A stretch of 21,365 nt of DNA from a bacterium (GTDB lineage Bacteria > Arandabacterota > Arandabacteria > Arandabacterales > JALGWA01), in contig JASFEA010000042.1 of assembly GCA_050125095.1 (NCBI GenBank), positions 1-21,365 of the forward strand. The letters are read 5' to 3'. Positions within the stretch are counted from its first letter, which is position 1. Every line of letters starts with the position of its first letter. Both the position numbers and the translations under genes were made by a program. The notes below the pieces were generated by a model that saw only the letters and a list, made by a program, of their open reading frames with translations, did no database searches and was not told the origin of the DNA. Below are positions 14,997 to 21,365 of the stretch, one piece after another.

Positions 14997-17024
14997 ATGC
15001 CGATAAGAGAGGTGAGCGGTTTGCCCGGAAAGCAGCACAAGGTCAGTGAATCCGCTGCGGGAAATCCCGGCATCGGCCGGGTCGTTCACGGCCCCAGCCT
15101 TCTTACGGAGAATGACGTCTATCTCTTCAGGGAGGGCAACCACTTCAGGCTCTACGAGAAACTGGGTTCTCACGCCCTGGAGGTGGACGGGGCAGAGGGC
15201 ACGCTCTTCGCCGTGTGGGCGCCCAATGCCAGGAAAGTCTCGGTAATCGGCGATTTCAACGCCTGGAATCCCGATGCCCATAACCTGGCGAAACGCGGGG
15301 ACGGCTCGGGCATCTGGGAGGGATTCATAGCCGGCGTGAGGCACGGGTGCCTTTACAAGTATCACATAGTATCCGAATACGCCGACTATGCCGCGGACAA
15401 GGGAGACCCCTTCGCACGCTACTGGGAGATATCACCCCGCACGGCTTCGGTCGTGTGGGACCTCGACTATGAATGGACCGACAGCGCCTGGATGAAGGGC
15501 CGTCATGACCACAACCGCCTGACCGCCCCCTTCTCCATCTATGAGGTTCACCTGGGTTCATGGCGTCGAAATTCCGAGGAAGCCAATCGCTTCCTCACCT
15601 ACCGCGAGCTGGCCGGAGAGCTCGTCGAATACGTCCTTAAGATGGGATTCACTCATGTCGAGTTCCTGCCGGTGACCGAGCATCCCTTCTACGGTTCATG
15701 GGGATACGAGCCCGCCGGCTACTACGCTCCCACCAGCCGCTATGGGACCCCTCAGGACTTCATGTGCCTCATAGACAGCCTTCACCGAAGCGGCGTCGGC
15801 GTGATTCTGGACTGGGTCGTGGCTCACTTCCCTTCAGATATCCACGGTCTCGCCTACTTCGACGGAACCCACCTCTATGAGCACATGGATCCGCGCCAGG
15901 GAATCCACCCCGACTGGAAGAGCAGCATCTTCAACTTCGGAAGGAACGAGGTGCGGAGCTTCCTTATAAGCGGCGCCCTTTTCTGGCTGGATGAGTATCA
16001 TGCGGACGGCCTCCGCGCGGACGCCGTAAGTTCCATGCTCTACCTGGATTACTCGAGGAAAGAGGGTGAGTGGATCCCAAACGCCTACGGCGGACGGGAG
16101 AACCTCGAAGCCATAGGTTTCCTCCGGCGAATGAACGAGGCCGTCTACGGAGCCGCACCCGATATTCAGACTATCGCCGAGGAATCCACCGCCTGGCCCA
16201 TGGTAACCAAGCCGCCCTATCTGGGAGGCCTGGGCTTCGGGATAAAATGGAACCTGGGCTGGACGCACAATACCCTTGAGTACTTCTCAACCGATCCCGT
16301 ACTCCGGAAGTATCATCACGACAAGATCACCTCCGCCATGGCCTACGCCTACTCGGAGAATTTCCTCCTCCCCCTTTCCCACGATGATGTGGCCTACGGC
16401 CGGAATTCGCTCTTTTCGAAAATGCCCGGGGACGACTGGCAGAAACTCGCCAATCTCCGCCTATTGACCGGCTACATGTATGCCCACCCGGGCAAGAAGC
16501 TCCTCTTCATGGGCTCGGAGATCGGGCAATGTAGCGAATGGAACCACGACCGGAGTCTGGACTGGCATCTGCTCGAACATGAGGGGCACCGCGGGCTCCA
16601 GAGATGGATCAAGAACCTGAACTGCTTCTATAGAAGCCAGCCGGCTCTATACGAGCGCGACCTCGAACCCTCGGGCTTCGAGTGGATAGACTGCACCGAC
16701 TATGATAAGGGCGTCCTCAGCTTCCTGAGGAAAGCCGAATCAGAGGACGACACCCTGCTCGTGGTCTTGAACTTCACCCCTGTCTTGAGAAGTGACTACC
16801 GCGTGGGCCTGCCGTCCGGAGGATACTGGAGGGAGATGCTGAACAGCGATGCTGAGGAATACGGCGGTAGCGGACAGGGCAACTTCGGGGGCCTCCACGC
16901 CGACCCCGAGCCCATGCATGCAAGGCAGTATTCGCTCTCGCTGACCCTGCCCCCACTGGGATTGCTGGTCTTTAAGAAGGCGCCGGCGGACGCTCCGGGG
17001 AGCGATACCACAATCTCCGAATGA
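14997..17024 (+). CDS. glgB: 1,4-alpha-glucan branching enzyme (GH13)
   Basis: FAVWAPNA, IYEVHLGSW, EHPFYGSWGY, DGLRADAVSSM (nucleophile), IAEESTAWP (acid/base), LSHD, HPGKKLLFMG; start codon uncertain. Confidence 0.95.
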   Translation: MPIREVSGLPGKQHKVSESAAGNPGIGRVVHGPSLLTENDVYLFREGNHFRLYEKLGSHALEVDGAEGTLFAVWAPNARKVSVIGDFNAWNPDAHNLAKRGDGSGIWEGFIAGVRHGCLYKYHIVSEYADYAADKGDPFARYWEISPRTASVVWDLDYEWTDSAWMKGRHDHNRLTAPFSIYEVHLGSWRRNSEEANRFLTYRELAGELVEYVLKMGFTHVEFLPVTEHPFYGSWGYEPAGYYAPTSRYGTPQDFMCLIDSLHRSGVGVILDWVVAHFPSDIHGLAYFDGTHLYEHMDPRQGIHPDWKSSIFNFGRNEVRSFLISGALFWLDEYHADGLRADAVSSMLYLDYSRKEGEWIPNAYGGRENLEAIGFLRRMNEAVYGAAPDIQTIAEESTAWPMVTKPPYLGGLGFGIKWNLGWTHNTLEYFSTDPVLRKYHHDKITSAMAYAYSENFLLPLSHDDVAYGRNSLFSKMPGDDWQKLANLRLLTGYMYAHPGKKLLFMGSEIGQCSEWNHDRSLDWHLLEHEGHRGLQRWIKNLNCFYRSQPALYERDLEPSGFEWIDCTDYDKGVLSFLRKAESEDDTLLVVLNFTPVLRSDYRVGLPSGGYWREMLNSDAEEYGGSGQGNFGGLHADPEPMHARQYSLSLTLPPLGLLVFKKAPADAPGSDTTISE

Positions 17025-17075
17025 AGTGCGTCGGGCACATCGTCCATCCCGCTGAGTCCGCCCACCACTGTCTCA

Positions 17076-17750
17076 TTAGGGCCCCCTTTGCTCCTTACGG
17101 ACGATTATATGCCAGTTTGAATAGAACTGCCGCTCGCCTTCGTTGTCCCAGTAGCCTTCCTTCTTCTCCCTGCTGACTTCTACAAAACGCGAGAGGAGCT
17201 CATCCAGGTCAGCCTCGTCTGAGAAGTAGTGCATGTCTCCGGGCGTTATGGACTTCTCGCATGTGAATGTGTGCGGCGCCAGCTCCTTACCGAAACCGTA
17301 TTTTCCGTCATCCCGGCTGGGGCAGGTGAGATAGAAAAGCCCCCCGGGTCTCAGGAGGTGCCACACGCGGTCGATAGCAGACGCGAACTCGTGCCGGTAC
17401 CCGTGGTAGATGACATTGTAAGCGAGCACGATGTCGAAAGCGTTCTCCGGGAGCTTCTCCGAGAGTGCATCGCAGACGACCACCCGGATTTCCAATGACA
17501 GGTCCCGAACCCAGTCGGACATCTGGGAAATGGCGCTATCGGATCTGTCGCAGGCGGTGACCGAAAAACCAGCCTGCGCGAACGCTATGGCGTGGCGCCC
17601 GAAGCCGCATCCCAGGTCCAGGACATCCGGGCGCTCGGCGGGTGACTGCAACGCTATGAATTCAACAACCTCCGGCGCGGGACGCCTCCACCACGAGCGA
17701 TCCCCATCACCCTGCCAGTACTCGTCCCAGATGTCTTTTCCCGTCTTCAT
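17076..17750 (-). CDS. Class I SAM-dependent methyltransferase
   Basis: VLDLGCGFGRH, FDIV, LRPGG motifs. Confidence 0.9.
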   Translation of the reverse strand: MKTGKDIWDEYWQGDGDRSWWRRPAPEVVEFIALQSPAERPDVLDLGCGFGRHAIAFAQAGFSVTACDRSDSAISQMSDWVRDLSLEIRVVVCDALSEKLPENAFDIVLAYNVIYHGYRHEFASAIDRVWHLLRPGGLFYLTCPSRDDGKYGFGKELAPHTFTCEKSITPGDMHYFSDEADLDELLSRFVEVSREKKEGYWDNEGERQFYSNWHIIVRKEQRGP

Positions 17751-17824
17751 ATAGGATTGCTGCTCTCCCCGAACCCGTGAGGTGCCCGTAGGATATCAGC
17801 CGTCATGGAAACGTCGAGTCGCCG

Positions 17825-18217
17825 CTAATGTGAATTGCGGATTTGGCCAATCCAGAGTGGACCCAGGAGCAATACAATAAGAACTGCGACCCACACTCGA
17901 CCTCGGAACACGTTGTAGTCCGCAAGCAGCTTATCCCACGAGCTCCCGAACAAATAGTGACCCGCCAGGAACTCGAATCCGACCGTAAGAATGACCCACA
18001 GGACGCCGATCAGCAGGAGATCGCGCCGCCCACGCGCACCGATCCAGGGCAGAGCCAGCCAGATCAGCACAAGGAAGGCGGTGGAGCACGTTGCCGTGCT
18101 GATCACATGGCCGGCGTGCTCGCCCAGCCGCGGCGCAATCAGGGCATTACGGAATACGGCGTTGAGTATCGCCACAACCAGCATTACGAGCCAGATAATC
18201 AGCGCTTTTCCAAACAC
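17825..18217 (-). CDS. Conserved-looking small membrane protein (about 4 TM helices)
   Basis: Hydrophobic helices and W..LTVGFEFLAGHY..G.SW..LLADYN...GRVW pattern. Start placed at GTG 18217 behind AGAGGAGAGG; the track ORF extends to 18355. Confidence 0.7.
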   Translation of the reverse strand: MFGKALIIWLVMLVVAILNAVFRNALIAPRLGEHAGHVISTATCSTAFLVLIWLALPWIGARGRRDLLLIGVLWVILTVGFEFLAGHYLFGSSWDKLLADYNVFRGRVWVAVLIVLLLGPLWIGQIRNSH

Positions 18218-18349
18218 CGGGATTGGCCGTCCTCTCCTCTTTGCCCCGCTGATGTTCTTGCCGGTTCCACCCTCCGAGTGCTGCACAGAGTCAGCTTCGG
18301 TATGGTACGCACGTCTCCACGATTCATGTCTATCATGATGCCGGGCGCA

Positions 18350-18371
18350 TGTCAATCCGACCCTATTGACA
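18350..18371. promoter_or_regulatory. Back-to-back TTGACA hexamers between divergent genes
   Basis: TGTCAAT-N8-ATTGACA inverted repeat; weak -10 candidates at 17-bp spacing on each side (TAGACA, TACGTA). Confidence 0.5.
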
Positions 18372-18500
18372 ACTCGGCGGTACTAAGGTACGTAAGGAGT
18401 GGACCGCCGGACTCAGACGACGGTTCACCGAGCGGCTGTCCCCTGTACCGTCGGGCCGCCCCGGAAGATCCTGGAGTAACATGACGGTGGAGAAGAACTC

Positions 18501-19010
18501 ATGAAACCAGTCATTCGCCCGGTTCGCCAAACGGACATAGAGGAACTGGTCGAACTCACGCTTCTGGCCTTTGTACCGATATTCGATTCATTTCAGGCGC
18601 TCCTTCGGCCCGTGGTCTACCCGCTGATCTGGCCGGACTGGAAGAAGAGCCAGCAGAAGGCGGTGGAAGATCTATGTGGCGATTCCAGCGGCAAGGTCGT
18701 GCTCGTGGCTGAGGTGGACGGGAAGCCCGTGGGTTTCTTGGCTTACGAGGTCCGCCCGGAGGATGATACGGGCCAGGTGCTTTTGATAGCGGTGCATCCG
18801 GACCATCAGAATCATGGCATAGGGACTCACCTCAATGAGCATGCCCTGGATGAGATGGAGGCAGCCGGCGTCAAGCTCGCCATAGTGGAAACAGGAGGTG
18901 AATCATCACACGCACCGGCCCGGCGATCGTATGAGAAGTCCGGCTACATCGGGCTGCCTCTCGTGCGCTATTTCAAGAGCCTGCAAGAGGCCTCTGACGA
19001 TTCCGAATAG
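18501..19010 (+). CDS. GNAT family N-acetyltransferase
   Basis: IRP start, VAEVDGKPVGF, IAVHPDHQNHGIG (motif A), PARRSYEKSGY. Confidence 0.9.
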   Translation: MKPVIRPVRQTDIEELVELTLLAFVPIFDSFQALLRPVVYPLIWPDWKKSQQKAVEDLCGDSSGKVVLVAEVDGKPVGFLAYEVRPEDDTGQVLLIAVHPDHQNHGIGTHLNEHALDEMEAAGVKLAIVETGGESSHAPARRSYEKSGYIGLPLVRYFKSLQEASDDSE

Positions 19011-19049
19011 AGCACCAGCCACTATGGCCGGCATTCCGTTCACCGTCCG

Positions 19050-19607
19050 TCAGAACACGCCCGGCACCAGGCGTTTCGTCTTCCTGCGGTACTCGAGATA
19101 CGCCGCCCCGAGCTCTTCGGAAAGAGCATTCTCCTCGATCTTGATCCTGTAGATGAAGAATGCTGTGATAGGCGCCACCACCAGTATTAGACTCAGCCAG
19201 TTCATGAATGCTATACCCATTCCCAGGAAGCTCATGAGAAGCCCCGTATAGGCAGGGTGACGCACAAGTCGATAGGGCCCCTCCTCCACGACCCGATGCT
19301 CCTCCTGCACGGCGATGTCCACGGAGAAGAAACGCCCCAACGTGAGTATCGCCCACCACCGTATCCCGATGCCTGAGAGTATCAGAACAGCCGCGATAGC
19401 GGTGTAGACCGAGGCGTTTCCCGGGAATCGCCGGGGATAGAGGAACAAAACCAGGTTCGCCGCTGCAATGCTGGATATGATGACCAGCCAGACCAGGACA
19501 ACTGAACCCAGGCCTCCCTTTCGCCTGTACCCCTTCGCGGAACGCCTGCGGAACGAAAGAATGACCTCGGAAACAACCCAGATTGCCAGCAGTGCATTGA
19601 TCGCCAT
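19050..19607 (-). CDS. Isoprenylcysteine carboxyl methyltransferase family membrane protein
   Basis: TLGRFFS, HRVVEEGPYRLVRHPAYTG, RIKIEE..L, Y..Y...TKRLVPGVF. Confidence 0.92.
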   Translation of the reverse strand: MAINALLAIWVVSEVILSFRRRSAKGYRRKGGLGSVVLVWLVIISSIAAANLVLFLYPRRFPGNASVYTAIAAVLILSGIGIRWWAILTLGRFFSVDIAVQEEHRVVEEGPYRLVRHPAYTGLLMSFLGMGIAFMNWLSLILVVAPITAFFIYRIKIEENALSEELGAAYLEYRRKTKRLVPGVF

Positions 19608-19654
19608 TCTAATTTTCCCCCAGTCTGACTAATCCCTGCCCCCGGGGCGCGATA

Positions 19655-20302
19655 TCATATACTCTTATTGTGCGACCACAAGCCCGCCGCGATATAGATG
19701 CAGCCGATGGCGACCAGCGCCCCATGGGCCACTCGAAACGGCTGCGACCAGAAGAACTGTGGAATGTAAAGCACGATTCCGGCCGCGAAAGGAATACCGG
19801 ACCACTTCGAATACCGGTCAGATTTCCACATTGCGGTTGCGGCAACGACCGCAGCAATGGCGAGCAGCATCAGTCCCGCAAGGAAGACGAAAAGCCCCAG
19901 ACCAGACCTCACAACTGACGCCATGCCGAGCAGAGCGGTGCTCTCTCGGCCCAGCGCTTCCTGTCCGATTGCGTGCAGGCCGTAAGCCTCGCCCCCGTAA
20001 AACGGCAGAGTCAGCCCGACCCCGACCAGGCTCAGTACGAGCGCACCGTATGCCCGGCGCTCCAGGCCTGTCGTCCGCATGGAGTCATAGAGACCAATCA
20101 GGCCCAGTGGAAGCAACGTGAAGGCCGCAATCCCCAGGATATGCGCCACCAGCCACCGTGCAGACGCGAAGGCAGCCGCCCCCTGCAACGACGTCTCATC
20201 GGAAAACGGCCTCAGCGCCGGATACAGCACAAACAGGGCGCCGGCGACAACCAGAGCGGCGGCACTCAAGCCAACGCGCGGCGGGCTGTCATTCTGTATC
20301 AT
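19655..20302 (-). CDS. Hypothetical multi-pass membrane protein
   Basis: About six hydrophobic helices. Start placed at ATG 20302 behind AAGGAG; the track ORF extends to 20341. Confidence 0.7.
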   Translation of the reverse strand: MIQNDSPPRVGLSAAALVVAGALFVLYPALRPFSDETSLQGAAAFASARWLVAHILGIAAFTLLPLGLIGLYDSMRTTGLERRAYGALVLSLVGVGLTLPFYGGEAYGLHAIGQEALGRESTALLGMASVVRSGLGLFVFLAGLMLLAIAAVVAATAMWKSDRYSKWSGIPFAAGIVLYIPQFFWSQPFRVAHGALVAIGCIYIAAGLWSHNKSI

Positions 20303-20468
20303 CGCTCTCTCCTTGATTAAGTCACTCTTCATCTTATGCAAAACGGAGCTCTGCGGTTCCTGGCTATCACAGTACCCGGTACCCTGTCAGCCTGACTGCA
20401 CTCACCGGGACTTCCGTCCCGTCAGGGCGAAGATCCCGCCTGCCGCGTCAGGCCCGTAGGGATTGCAG

Positions 20469-21365
20469 CTAAGGCTGCCTGCGCACCGCGACCTTCACAT
20501 CTTCGAATCGTGAGGGCACTTCGTCCAGGATAGGAGCCCTTTCACGGTCCTTCACATAGGTGTCGAAAAAGGCCAGCACATAGGACTCTATAATCGAGGC
20601 GGATGTCTCCCCGTCCAGCGACGTTAGGATTCCATCCGGCAGTATGTACTCCCTCAGCAGCGGAAGATCCGTGAAAGTAGCGTGGTTCGCGTTCTTGATT
20701 TCCACCATATATGCATCGGCCCGGGCGCGCTCGAAGAACGGCAGATTGATGGGCGGGCACTCCTGGCACCATGAGACTACCTGGCCGAGGATCATGAAGG
20801 GCTTCTTGAGGTCGTTGTCCACCACGCCCCCGAACATGAAACCATCGAGATTGGCGCCAGCCCGAACCCGATCGCTTGTGGCGCAAACCTGACCGGCAAG
20901 AGCCCCACCCTTGGAGTAGCCCATAATGCCGATGCGGTCCGCGTCCAGCCGGCCGTGATAACGTCCCTCCTTCTCGCTCATCTCGATGAGCCGGTCAATC
21001 AAGAACTCGATGTCCTCCTGCCAGAGAAGAAGGTCGGCGACCTCGGTGGGCATGATCCGATTGAGCTCCCTGTAATTCGCCAGTTTCTCGGCGCCCTGGG
21101 TGGACCGGGTAATCTGTTCCTTGGTTTCCTTGGTCAGCTCCGAATCCTCTTCCTTCCACATTTCAGTGTAGTATTTGTTGCTCTTGTCGAAGAAGAAGAG
21201 CTCCCCGTCGTCGTCGAAATAGAACTCGCACCAGTATGGATGTCCCACCGAGAGTACAACGTATCCGTGGCTCGCCAGCTCTTCGAACAGGAACACATTC
21301 GCTGTCATGACACCTGAGGACGAGTAGATAATGATCGGCCATGGCGCACCGCCCGGGTCAACCGG
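20469..21365 (-). CDS. Alpha/beta hydrolase (PAF-acetylhydrolase-like), 5' truncated by the window end
   Basis: EELASHGYVV, nucleophile elbow GYSKGG, NLDG, H.TFTD. The frame stays open to 21365 (PVDPGGAPWPIIIYSSSGVMTA). Confidence 0.85.
   Translation of the reverse strand, partial: PVDPGGAPWPIIIYSSSGVMTANVFLFEELASHGYVVLSVGHPYWCEFYFDDDGELFFFDKSNKYYTEMWKEEDSELTKETKEQITRSTQGAEKLANYRELNRIMPTEVADLLLWQEDIEFLIDRLIEMSEKEGRYHGRLDADRIGIMGYSKGGALAGQVCATSDRVRAGANLDGFMFGGVVDNDLKKPFMILGQVVSWCQECPPINLPFFERARADAYMVEIKNANHATFTDLPLLREYILPDGILTSLDGETSASIIESYVLAFFDTYVKDRERAPILDEVPSRFEDVKVAVRRQP

Noticed and set aside
17767-17792. CCCGAACCCGT resembling part of the c-di-AMP riboswitch
   Set aside because: It is on the wrong strand for the adjacent gene, and the rest of the consensus is absent.
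11108-19025. GCACCAGCC(n)CTAT-like sequence just after the stop codons of accB (11108) and GNAT (19012)
   Set aside because: The 9-mer core is short, GC-rich and also occurs inside a CDS near 3590.
20400-20430. Hammerhead ribozyme on the minus strand (CTGACGG-stem-loop)
   Set aside because: The core needs CUGANGA and GAAA; here it reads CUGACGG and no GAAA follows the stem.
17076-21365. Integron cassette array (small accessory genes such as GNAT and methyltransferases)
   Set aside because: No RYYYAAC...GTTRRRY attC sites found at gene ends, orientations are mixed, and no integrase is present.

Overview
GC-rich bacterial chromosomal window with about 23 CDS and no rRNA, intact tRNA, CRISPR array, transposase or integrase. 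Left part (1-7057, - strand): a co-oriented run of phasin-like protein, UbiB/AarF kinase, LysE transporter, HDAC-family deacylase and a MoxR/DUF58/BatA cluster. Divergent from it (7282-11106, +) is a biotin carboxylase operon with an unusual make-up: a stand-alone biotin carboxylase, a carboxyltransferase carrying glutaconyl-CoA decarboxylase alpha (GcdA)-like segments, and a carrier protein with two biotinyl-type domains, the first lacking the biotin lysine. Next is a small islet. It holds a wHTH-MNT/HEPN toxin-antitoxin-type pair under a perfect sigma70 promoter with tandem operators. A degenerate tRNA-fMet-like 3' fragment lies on its left and an internally deleted, diverged remnant of the carrier gene on its right. 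Then come TetR plus a B12-radical SAM enzyme (with a perfect operator), glgB, and a mixed-orientation set of accessory genes: methyltransferase, membrane proteins, GNAT, ICMT-family protein and a partial alpha/beta hydrolase. All family calls rest on motif recognition from memory; no searches were run.
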